The position numbers and the translations under genes were made by a program. This document shows positions 17,615 to 24,928 of a DNA stretch of 46,068 nucleotides, piece by piece. The stretch covers positions 1-46,068 of the forward strand of contig CAZQVZ010000001.1 of the NCBI GenBank assembly GCA_964596895.1, written 5' to 3'. Source of the DNA: an uncultured Myxococcaceae bacterium (GTDB lineage Bacteria; Myxococcota; Myxococcia; Myxococcales; Myxococcaceae). Position 1 is the first letter of the stretch. Each line of letters starts with the position of its first letter. The notes beneath the pieces are model-generated. The model saw nothing but the letters and a program-made list of their open reading frames with translations, made no database searches and was not told the origin of the DNA.

Positions 17615-18987
17615 GCCTGGCCTCCGACAGCGCGCGTCGTCGCTACCTGGTGAGCGGTTCCTATTGCCAGTGGCACCCGCGCCGTGAAGACGGCGCCGCC
17701 GTCCGAAGCGTTCGCGGCCGTGAGCGAGCCGCCCATCTGCTCCAGATGGGCCAGCGACACCGGCAACCCGAGCCCTGTGCCCTTGCCGACCGGCTTGGTG
17801 GTGAAGAACGGCGTGAACAGCTGGGGCAAGTGCTCGGCCGGGATGCCGGGGCCGTTGTCCCGGACGCTCACCTCCACCGCATCCCCCTCCACCTCAACCG
17901 AGATGAAGACCGCCGGTTCGGAGCGGAGCACACCGGCGTCGCGCGCGGACTCCAGCGCATCAGACGCGTTCACCAATAGGTTGACCAGCACCTGCACCAG
18001 ACGGCGCGCGTCCGCGTTCGCCGCTGGCAGGTCCGGAGGCAGCGATACCGAAACCTCCGCCACGCTTTGCAGCCGCAGCCGCGTCATCCGCAGGCACTCG
18101 TCGAGGACCGCGCGCACGTCGCAATGGCCGGGCGCCACCGGCACGTCCCGGGCGAAGGCCTTCAGGTCCCCGACAATGGACTCGATGCGCGACAGCCCGG
18201 CGGACGTCTCCTCGGTGAGGTCCCGCAGCTCCGCGTCGTCCAGCGTGCGGTCCTCGAGCTCTTCGGCGAGGCAGCGGACGTTGGCCTTCACGAACGCCAG
18301 CGGGTTGTTGACCTCATGCGCCACGCCTGCCGCCAGCCGGCCCACGGTGGCCAGCCGCTCCTGCTCCCACGCGCGAGACTGGAGCGACTGGAGTGTCTCC
18401 AATGCCTTCGTCGCGGCGCCGCGCAGCCCGCGCGCCTGGTAGGCGGCGAACGCCGAAACGCCGATGGTCGCCAGGTAGTCCACGGCCTTCGCGGCAAAGT
18501 CCTCGCCCCTCACCCCGTCATTCCAGAGCATGCCCACGCACGTGGCAGAGAACAGTGTTGCGCCCACGGTGGCTCCGGCCGTGTCGATGGGCAGCATCAC
18601 CACGCAAACCAGCGGCACCGCGATGGTCCACCAGAAGGCGATGCTCTCGGAGCTGCCGGTGGCCAGCACCAGCAGGGCGTAGAGCACGAGGATGCCGCCC
18701 ACGCTCGCGCGACAGACCCAGAGCTCGCCGAAGCGGTTGAGGAGCGGCGTCCACCACCAACCCACGACGGCGCAGAAGGCCGCCATCCCCAACCGGGCAA
18801 GGACCGACCAGACGGAGAGAGGATGGTCAGCCGGGGACAGCACCACCATCAAGCCGGCCATCCCCAGGAGCGTGGAGCGCCGTTTCCGCGCCTCCTCCCG
18901 CGCGCGCAGGGCCGGGAGGTCTTCCGTCTCCTGCAGGGGGCCGGCGGGCTGGGCCTGGGCCCGGTAGCGCTCGGGAGCGGAGGGCAT
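17611..18987 (-). CDS. Membrane-bound sensor histidine kinase (orphan, no adjacent response regulator)
   Basis: Multiple N-terminal TM helices. H-box VGRLAAGVAHEVNNPLAFV, N-box LVNLLVNASDAL, G1 VRDNGPGIP, G2 GKGTGLGLPVS. Confidence 0.9.
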   Translation of the reverse strand: MPSAPERYRAQAQPAGPLQETEDLPALRAREEARKRRSTLLGMAGLMVVLSPADHPLSVWSVLARLGMAAFCAVVGWWWTPLLNRFGELWVCRASVGGILVLYALLVLATGSSESIAFWWTIAVPLVCVVMLPIDTAGATVGATLFSATCVGMLWNDGVRGEDFAAKAVDYLATIGVSAFAAYQARGLRGAATKALETLQSLQSRAWEQERLATVGRLAAGVAHEVNNPLAFVKANVRCLAEELEDRTLDDAELRDLTEETSAGLSRIESIVGDLKAFARDVPVAPGHCDVRAVLDECLRMTRLRLQSVAEVSVSLPPDLPAANADARRLVQVLVNLLVNASDALESARDAGVLRSEPAVFISVEVEGDAVEVSVRDNGPGIPAEHLPQLFTPFFTTKPVGKGTGLGLPVSLAHLEQMGGSLTAANASDGGAVFTARVPLAIGTAHQVATTRAVGGQA

Positions 18988-19045
18988 CGACCGCCAGGCA
19001 CAGCAAAATCCGTTCCGACCAAACCTTAGAGGAAGAAGGGGCGCG

Positions 19046-19072
19046 CCGCCCGGGTCCGTGGAGACCGGGCGG
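19046..19072 (-). terminator. GC-rich hairpin (about 10-bp stem with a 1-nt bulge) downstream of the 19105-19692 gene
   Basis: The minus strand reads GACCGCCCGGTC-tccacg-GACCCGGGCGGC followed by a pyrimidine-rich CCCCTTCTTCCTCT run. It lies 33 nt after the stop. Confidence 0.35.
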
Positions 19073-19104
19073 TCACGCAGGACCCGGTTGGGGTCCGAGG
19101 GCGG

Positions 19105-19692
19105 CTACTCGCCTGCGCCGCCCACGCCGGTCTCCATGTCCATCTGTCGATAGTCCTTCGGAATTTCGAAGAGGTTCTGCGGCTGCGGCCCCACCTTCAC
19201 GTTCTTCAGCTCCATCACGAAGTCGTCGCGCTCCACCTTCAGGGGATACGCCAGCGCCTGGTCCACCCAGAAGGTGGCCACCTGCTGGCCGCTCCCGTCG
19301 GTCGCTACCCACTTGTTCGCCTTGCGCCCGGCGACCTGTTCGCTCCCCGCTCTCTTGCAGGTGAACTCGTCCTGCCCGTCGCAGGGGTTCTCGCGCCGCA
19401 GCCCCGAGAGGTCGTTGCCCACCACGTCCTGGGGCACCTCCATCACCACCTTGTGCTCGGGGACGAGAAGCCACGCCTGCGACTTCTTCTGGTCGAAGAT
19501 CATCACCGAGCGCTGCTCGCTCTCGGTCGCCTCCACCCGCATCTTGTCGCCGCTGGCGTTGAGCTTCGCCTCCACCGGCTTCGTGCCCGCTTCGGTCTTC
19601 ATCAGCACGTCCGCGGAGAAGTCCTTCTTCGCCCACGCGCTGCCCGCCGCCAACAGCACCGCCAGCGCCATGCCCGTCCCAAGTCGTCTCAT
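19105..19692 (-). CDS. Secreted periplasmic protein, DUF4412/LolA-like (hypothetical)
   Basis: ATG with GGGAGG upstream. Signal MRRLGTGMALAVLLAAGSAWA. Lys/Glu-rich beta-type sequence ...MRVEATESEQRSVMIFDQKKSQAWLLVPEHKVVMEV...FEIPKDYRQMDM. Confidence 0.7.
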   Translation of the reverse strand: MRRLGTGMALAVLLAAGSAWAKKDFSADVLMKTEAGTKPVEAKLNASGDKMRVEATESEQRSVMIFDQKKSQAWLLVPEHKVVMEVPQDVVGNDLSGLRRENPCDGQDEFTCKRAGSEQVAGRKANKWVATDGSGQQVATFWVDQALAYPLKVERDDFVMELKNVKVGPQPQNLFEIPKDYRQMDMETGVGGAGE

Positions 19693-19800
19693 CGCAGCCT
19701 CCCGCGGGCCCTCCGTTGGGCCTGTGGAAAGCTGCGCAGCAAGAGACGGAGCCGCCCCGTTCGAGCGGCCCCGCCCTCGTCTGCTCTCTCGCTCTGCGGC

Positions 19801-21162
19801 CTAATCCGCGCCCTTGATGCAGGCGATGGGACGCAGCCGCTTGTGCACCCGCGCCAGGTGCGCCTCCTCGACGGTCTCCAGCACGTCGTCGAGGTTCTTG
19901 TAGCAAGGCCCGCTTTCGTCCAACGGCGTCTGCCGCGTGTTGAGCAGGATGCCGGCCTCCGCCATCCGCGCGTCGGTCCGCTTCTGGTCCAGGGACCGCT
20001 TCGCCTCGCCCCGCGAGAGCCTGCGGCCCGCGCCGTGGTTCACCGAGTAGATGGACTTCGCTGCGTGCTCCTCGGCGAAGAGGATGGCGCTGCCGGTCTC
20101 CATGGACCCCGGGATGAGGATGGGGTGCCCGCTCTTCTCCCAGGTGGTGCCCCTGAGCGCCGGGTGCCCGCCGGGGAAGGCGCGGGTGGCGCCCTTGCGC
20201 GCCACGAAGCGGCCGGACTCCTTCTGGATGAGGTTGTGGGAGATCTCGTAATAGATCTCCGCGCTCCCTCCGAAGACGGCCTCGAGCGCCTCGCACACCG
20301 CCTCGCCGATGATGAGCCGGTTGGCCACGGCGAAGTTGGCGGCCATGTTGTGGAGGTTCCAGTACTCGCGGCCGAGCTTCGAGTCCGCGTCGAACCAGAC
20401 GTGGTCCTCGCTCGCGCGGGAGAGCTCCAGGTTCTTCGCGCCGAGCACGAAGAACTGCTTGGCGATGTTCCACCCGAAGCCGCGGCTGCCGGTGTGGAGC
20501 ATCACCCAGACGTTCCCGTCCTCATCCACCTGCATCTCGGTGAAGTGGTTCCCGCCGCCGAGCGAACCCAACTGGTCCCGCTTGGCGTACGCGCGGTCGG
20601 GGATGTCCACCCGGTCGTCTTCGACGGGGATGAAGCTGCGCTCGGTGACGTTGGAGGTCCGGCCGAGCGCCTTGGCGCCGTGGCGAACCACTTCGGCGAA
20701 GGTCTTCGAGTCCACCTTGCGCTGCTTCTGCACGCGGCTCGCGCCCACGCCCACGGCGATGCGCCGGGTGACCTCGTCAATCCACTGCCGCCGCTTCTTC
20801 ACGTCCGCGATGTCGTCCGCGGTGAGCGTGGTCCGAAGCTGCACCATCCCACAGCCGATGTCGTAGCCCGCCGCCGTGGGCAGCAGCACCCCTTCGGTTT
20901 CGATGGCGGTTCCAATGGGCACGCCGTAGCCCACGTGGCAGTCCGGCGTCACCGCGACCCGGGTCACGCCCGGGAAGCTGGCGGCGTTGACCACCTGCGA
21001 GAACACCGCCTCCTCCAGGCCCATGTCGCCGTTGGTCTTGTCCGGCTCGCCCCACAGGAGCTTGTCGGAGAGGAACAGGTCCGCGTGGGTGCGCATGGTC
21101 TTCGTCTGCGGCAGCACCCAGTGCCCGTCGCCCACCTTCTCCAGTGTCTGCTTCCAGCTCAT
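19801..21162 (-). CDS. rtcB: RNA-splicing ligase RtcB
   Basis: Motifs PDCHVGYG, GYDIGCGM, GSLGGGNHF, HTGSRGFG, HNMAANFA, YEISHN and SVNHGAGR are all diagnostic of RtcB. GGAG RBS. Confidence 0.95.
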   Translation of the reverse strand: MSWKQTLEKVGDGHWVLPQTKTMRTHADLFLSDKLLWGEPDKTNGDMGLEEAVFSQVVNAASFPGVTRVAVTPDCHVGYGVPIGTAIETEGVLLPTAAGYDIGCGMVQLRTTLTADDIADVKKRRQWIDEVTRRIAVGVGASRVQKQRKVDSKTFAEVVRHGAKALGRTSNVTERSFIPVEDDRVDIPDRAYAKRDQLGSLGGGNHFTEMQVDEDGNVWVMLHTGSRGFGWNIAKQFFVLGAKNLELSRASEDHVWFDADSKLGREYWNLHNMAANFAVANRLIIGEAVCEALEAVFGGSAEIYYEISHNLIQKESGRFVARKGATRAFPGGHPALRGTTWEKSGHPILIPGSMETGSAILFAEEHAAKSIYSVNHGAGRRLSRGEAKRSLDQKRTDARMAEAGILLNTRQTPLDESGPCYKNLDDVLETVEEAHLARVHKRLRPIACIKGAD

Positions 21163-21246
21163 GGGACGCTCCTAAGCACCCGGCGGCATTCCCGCCGCGA
21201 GGGTCCGCCCGGACGCGCGAGCGCCAGGCGGCCTGACGAACCAGCA

Positions 21247-21280
21247 CCCCCTCTCCCTCTGGGAGAAGGTTGGGGTGAGG
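21247..21280. repeat. REP-like GC-rich palindromic element (CCCCCTCTCCC-TCT-GGGAGAAGGTTGGGGTGAGGG)
   Basis: Hairpin TCTCCC-tct-GGGAGA (21252-21266) flanked by CCCC/GGGG runs. It lies between the ATP-grasp stop (21302) and the rtcB start (21162). The core is the same type as the hairpin at 13214-13232. Confidence 0.3.
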
Positions 21281-21301
21281 GCCTCGGGTGAAGCCCCGCG
21301 G

Positions 21302-22255
21302 TCACCGCCCCCTGGCGCGCACGTTCTCCACCAGGTACCGCGCGATCGCCGCGCTGATGGGGTGCCCGAGCTTCCGCTCCACATCCAGGTAGATGGGCGA
21401 AGAGTTCAGCTCGAGGAACACCCAATCATCCCCCTGCTGCTTGATGTCGATGCCCGCGAACGCCAGCCCCAGCTCGCGGGCGGCCTTCACGCACTGGACC
21501 TTCACCGCGTCGGGGAGGGTGACCTCGCGGTACATGGCCTTGCCCGCGCTGTAGACGTCGTCCCCGCGGAAGTCGAGGTGCTGCGCCGGCGTCACGATGG
21601 CCACGCTGGAGACGATCTCGTCGCCCACGAGCATGATGCGCAGATCGTCTCCGGGCGCGCGGGACTGGAAGATGACCGGCGAGGTGGTGATGGCAGGGAG
21701 CTGCTCGAGCGCCTCGTCATCCAGGGGGCGGGTCAAGGCGCCGCCCATCACCGGCTTGAAGATGACGTCGCCCACCTCGGCCTTGAAGGCGCGGACCTTC
21801 GCCGGGTCGTTGGAGATGAGCGTCCGCGGAAGCTGCGCGCCCACGCTGCGCAGGACGTCGAGCTGGAACGGCTTGTACTGGAGCACGCTCGCGGCGTGCG
21901 GCGGGTTCACCATCACCGCGCCGCGCTGCTGCAGGCGAAGGAGCCAGGCCACGAAGAAGGAGGCGCGCTCGCGCTCGTGCATGTAGCGGGTGAACCAGTC
22001 TTCGTACAGCCGCAGCTCCCCGTCCTGCTCCATGTACGGCGCGTAGGGGGCGGGGATGAAGCGCAGGTAGAAGCCGTGCACGTCGTCGACCTGCACACCT
22101 CTATAGAAGGTGCGGTCGTCGTCGAAGCTGATCGGCAGGCCCGCATCGAAGGCATCCGCTCGAAGCAGAATGTTCTGTGCGCCGAGCTTGTCCAATTCCT
22201 TCGCCACTGCGTGGCACTGCAGGTCCTGGTCACTCCCGAAGATGCCGATCTTCAT
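21302..22255 (-). CDS. ATP-grasp ligase, microviridin/graspetide macrocyclase-like (MdnB/MdnC family)
   Basis: 317 aa. YKPFQLDVLRSVGAQLPRTLISNDPAKVRAFKAEVGDVIFKPVMGG, DDLRIMLVGDEIVSSVAI...HLDFR, and GLAFAGIDIKQQGDDWVFLELNSSP (E-x-N Mg site). Size and motif order are as I recall for MdnC-type enzymes. It is divergent from a multi-core TTxxxxEE peptide gene. Confidence 0.85.
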   Translation of the reverse strand: MKIGIFGSDQDLQCHAVAKELDKLGAQNILLRADAFDAGLPISFDDDRTFYRGVQVDDVHGFYLRFIPAPYAPYMEQDGELRLYEDWFTRYMHERERASFFVAWLLRLQQRGAVMVNPPHAASVLQYKPFQLDVLRSVGAQLPRTLISNDPAKVRAFKAEVGDVIFKPVMGGALTRPLDDEALEQLPAITTSPVIFQSRAPGDDLRIMLVGDEIVSSVAIVTPAQHLDFRGDDVYSAGKAMYREVTLPDAVKVQCVKAARELGLAFAGIDIKQQGDDWVFLELNSSPIYLDVERKLGHPISAAIARYLVENVRARGR

Positions 22256-22357
22256 TTTCCTGCTCCAAACCAGGGTTCTTTACGCAACCCGTCAAATGAC
22301 CTGCCGACAATGGGGGTGAATGTAGGCCTCACCCTTGCGAACACGAAGGTTACTGCC

Positions 22358-23038
22358 ATGAAGATTCCTGCGTCCTTCATCAAGTACGAGCTGCCCCGCT
22401 GCGACTCGAACGCCGACGACTCCCAGAAGACCACCAAGGCCCTGGGCGAAGAGGGCGGGAACAAGCCGCCTCCGGACATGACCACCCAGGCCGTGGGCGA
22501 AGAGGGTGGCACCAAGCCGCCTCCTGTCTACCCGACCCTGGCGGTGGGTGAAGAGGGCGGCACCAAGCCCAAGTCCAACGGCGGCGGCGGCGACGGGTTC
22601 GACGCCACCACGATGGCGGTGGGCGAAGAGGGTGGCACCAAGCCGCCTCCCGTCTACACCACGCTGGCGGTGGGCGAAGAGGGCGGGACGAAGCCGCCTC
22701 CGGACATGACCACCATGGCAGTGGGCGAAGAGGGCGGGACGAAGCCGCCTCCCGTCTACACCACGCTGGCGGTGGGCGAAGAGGGCGGGACCGCGCCGAA
22801 GACGTCCGACAAGGGCGACGGCTTCGAGACCACGCAGGCCGTGGGCGAAGAGGGTGGCAGCCGGCCGCCGCCGGACATGACCACCATGGCGGTGGGCGAG
22901 GAGGGTGGCAGCAAGCCGCCTCCCGTCTACACCACCCTGGCCGTGGGCGAAGAGGGCGGGACCAAGCCGCCGTCCAAGGATGACCCCATCCTGACCACCA
23001 TGGCGGTGGGCGAAGAGGGCGGCAGCGGCACCAAGTAG
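22358..23038 (+). CDS. Putative graspetide (omega-ester peptide) precursor with a 24-aa leader and 11 tandem TTxA[VL]GEEGG cores
   Basis: ATG 22358 with GAAGG about 10 nt upstream (alternative ATG at 22310). High GC3 in this frame only. MKIPASFIKYELPRCDSNADDSQK, then 11 x (T-T-x-A-V/L-G-E-E-G-G plus a Pro-rich or DGF-containing spacer). TAG at 23036-23038. Confidence 0.75.
   Translation: MKIPASFIKYELPRCDSNADDSQKTTKALGEEGGNKPPPDMTTQAVGEEGGTKPPPVYPTLAVGEEGGTKPKSNGGGGDGFDATTMAVGEEGGTKPPPVYTTLAVGEEGGTKPPPDMTTMAVGEEGGTKPPPVYTTLAVGEEGGTAPKTSDKGDGFETTQAVGEEGGSRPPPDMTTMAVGEEGGSKPPPVYTTLAVGEEGGTKPPSKDDPILTTMAVGEEGGSGTK
22430..23023 (+). repeat. In-frame tandem coding repeat array (11 units of 51-69 nt, with a three-unit super-repeat)
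   Basis: The string ggcgaagagggYggc recurs 11 times. Spacers alternate between (T/S/N)(K/R)PPPDM, (T/S)KPPPVY and long DGF(D/E)-containing versions. Confidence 0.9.
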
Positions 23039-23067
23039 AGAGTTGCACGCGTCCATCGCGGGCACGG

Positions 23068-23115
23068 ACGCCACCTGGAGACCTCCTCCCCCGGGTCTTC
23101 AGGTGGCGTTGTCTT
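23068..23115 (+). terminator. Strong intrinsic-terminator-like hairpin directly after the precursor gene
   Basis: ACGCCACCTGGAGACC (23068-23083) pairs with GGTCTTCAGGTGGCGT (23094-23109). This is 16 bp with one G-U pair and a 10-nt loop, followed by TTGTCTT. It begins 30 nt after the stop. Confidence 0.6.
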
Positions 23116-23182
23116 GAGCGGTCCCGGTGATGGCAACGGCCTTGCGGATGCCGCTCGCGACCTCGCCGTGTAACCTCGCCGA

Positions 23183-23827
23183 ATGCCCCTCGGTCCATGT
23201 CCCGCCTGTGCGGGACGTTTGACAGCTCGAGACGGTGACCATGCGTGGGTGTGCGCGAGCTGCCGGGCGGTCGTCGCCCGGCCCGCAGAGCTCCGCGAAG
23301 CGGCGCGAGAGGAGCTGGTCTTCGCGCGCGCTGGTGGTGCGGACGATGAGACCGAGCCCTTCGCCGCGCAGCCTCGAGGCGCCTGTCCTCTCTGCCGGGG
23401 CGAGCTCGCGCTGCTGGACCAGGAGCCGTGGTCCATGTGTCCAGAGTGCCGAGTGCGCGTGGTGCCCCGGCGGGCGCTCAGGCGGATCGCGAGGGATCCC
23501 GACCTGGCCGCCAGGTCGCCTCTCGGGATCCCGAGCGACGACATCTCCAACGACTCGCCTCACAGCCGGGTGCTGCGAATGGCGCTGTCGGTCTTCCTCA
23601 TCGTCTGTGCCGGGCTTCTCTTCACCAGCGCCTTCGCGTCGGTGGAGAGGTGCGACCGGCTCAAGGGGGACCGGACCGTCAGCGTGCAGTATGCGCGGAG
23701 CGTCTGTGAGCGACTTGTCTGGCACAACGTCCTCGGCGGCGTATGCCTGCTCAGCGCCGTCGGCATCATGGTGACGCTCGCGGCCGGGCGACACGAGCAC
23801 AGGGGGCACGTCCCCAACCTCCCGTAG
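23183..23827 (+). CDS. Membrane protein with two N-terminal zinc-ribbon (zf-TFIIB-like) modules and two C-terminal TM helices
   Basis: CPAC-x17-CASC and CPLC-x16-CPEC, each followed by an Arg-rich helix. TM helices VLRMALSVFLIVCAGLLFTSAF and VLGGVCLLSAVGIMVTLAA. Confidence 0.65.
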   Translation: MPLGPCPACAGRLTARDGDHAWVCASCRAVVARPAELREAAREELVFARAGGADDETEPFAAQPRGACPLCRGELALLDQEPWSMCPECRVRVVPRRALRRIARDPDLAARSPLGIPSDDISNDSPHSRVLRMALSVFLIVCAGLLFTSAFASVERCDRLKGDRTVSVQYARSVCERLVWHNVLGGVCLLSAVGIMVTLAAGRHEHRGHVPNLP

Positions 23828-24056
23828 CAGCGCCCGCACGCAGGCAGCTCGAGGTCGAGCGCCTGGAACTCGTCCGGCCACAGGTAGACGAGCAGTCCAA
23901 CCCGCAGCCACCTGTGCACTGCGCGGCAATGCCGGGGTGCTTGAATTCAACCCGCAGGGCGGGGAGCACTGAGGCGTCGTGGCTGAGGAGAATGGATCAC
24001 TGGCCACGGCGCCCGCTGCGCAACCTGGCAGCGGCACTCGAGGTAAAGCCCTCCTC

Positions 24057-24779
24057 GTGAGGAGGTGCCTGCTCACATTCGTGGTGGTGGTGCTGGCCGG
24101 TTCAGCCGGCTGCGTCTTCAGCCCGCATCTGTGCCTCGATGGCGTGACGAAGCACTGTGCCACCCGAAGGCGTGCATCGCCCAGGGCGGCATGTTGCTGC
24201 GTGGAGAAGGGGTGGACCGCAATGAGGTGCTGGCCCGACGTGCCTTCGACCGGGCCTGCGCGCTGGCTCTCCCAGAGGGCTGCAACCACTTCGCGGAGCT
24301 CGAAGCACTCGGCCGGCGGCGGCACCCGCGACCTCCCCCATGCCATCGAGCTGCTGCAGCGCTTGTGCGAGGAAAGGGAGCGGGCGAGCTGCGCGTTGCT
24401 TGCGGACGTCCGCCGGCGCCAGGTCCTGCACGACGCGATGGCCCAGCCTCCGGACTGCAGCGCTCCCGACCGAGAGGCGATCTGGGCGCGGACGCACGCC
24501 GAGGTCCTCTCTGCGCATCACATCGAGTTCGACTTCTGCTACCGCCGGGAGCTCGCGGCCGGCCTGGATCGAGACGGCGAAGTGCTCCTTCGCTACGTCA
24601 TCGCCCCCGCTGGTGGGGTCGAGCAGGTTGAGCTGACGGCGGTTTCACCGGGCCTGGACAAGGTGGCTCAATGCGTCCTCGAGCAGATGCGCTCCTTTCC
24701 GTTCGGGCAGCCGCGTCCGGAGGACAGGCGGGCCTACCCGCACACTCTGAGGGTGCTCCGAAATTCGCCGAGCCCGTGA
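24057..24779 (+). CDS. Lipoprotein with Sel1-like repeats and a C-terminal AgmX/TonB-C-like domain. The reading frame is intact, but about 170 nt look out of frame (see findings)
   Basis: GTG 24057 gives MRRCLLTFVVVVLAGSAGC. The C-terminal ...HIEFDFCYRRELAAGLDRDGEVLLRYVIAPAGGVEQVELTAVSPGLDKVAQCVLEQMRSFPFGQP resembles the myxobacterial TonB-C/AgmX-type domain. The segment at about 24146-24313 reads as a Sel1-like repeat only in the neighbouring frame. Confidence 0.5.
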   Translation: MRRCLLTFVVVVLAGSAGCVFSPHLCLDGVTKHCATRRRASPRAACCCVEKGWTAMRCWPDVPSTGPARWLSQRAATTSRSSKHSAGGGTRDLPHAIELLQRLCEERERASCALLADVRRRQVLHDAMAQPPDCSAPDREAIWARTHAEVLSAHHIEFDFCYRRELAAGLDRDGEVLLRYVIAPAGGVEQVELTAVSPGLDKVAQCVLEQMRSFPFGQPRPEDRRAYPHTLRVLRNSPSP

Positions 24780-24928
24780 CGGCGCGCGCCACCCCGACCG
24801 GGCGGTCTCCGCTTCGTCAGCGCGCTCAGGTGCACGCATTCTGTCCGCGTCCATGCGCACCAGCAGGCGACCCACCGCGTCCGCCCACCCGCGACGCGAC
24901 CTTCTGCTGCTAGCCTGCGCGGCTCACC

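Noticed and set aside
22325-22338. Sigma-54-like -24/-12 element (aGGCCtcacccTTGCg, GG-N10-GC spacing) upstream of the precursor gene.
   Set aside because: The spacing is right, but the -24 half is a poor match to TGGCAC. The implied TSS (about 22348) would fall on or after the putative RBS, about 10 nt from the ATG. No enhancer-binding protein gene is adjacent. This is probably chance in GC-rich DNA.
22430-23023. Considered whether the regular roughly 51-nt DNA repeats could be a CRISPR array or a non-coding satellite.
   Set aside because: The repeats are contiguous, with no unique spacers of constant length. They are in frame and maintain one long ORF with conserved amino-acid motif periodicity. 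No cas genes are nearby.
22292-23198. Two antisense ORFs (22292..23074 and 22380..23198, minus strand) across the repeat array, with their own repeated translations (…LFAHRHGG…, …RPLRPPP…).
   Set aside because: Their repetitiveness is only a mirror of the sense-strand coding repeat. The sense frame has an RBS, an ATG, high GC3, a recognisable TTxxxxEE motif and a terminator. The antisense frames have none of these.
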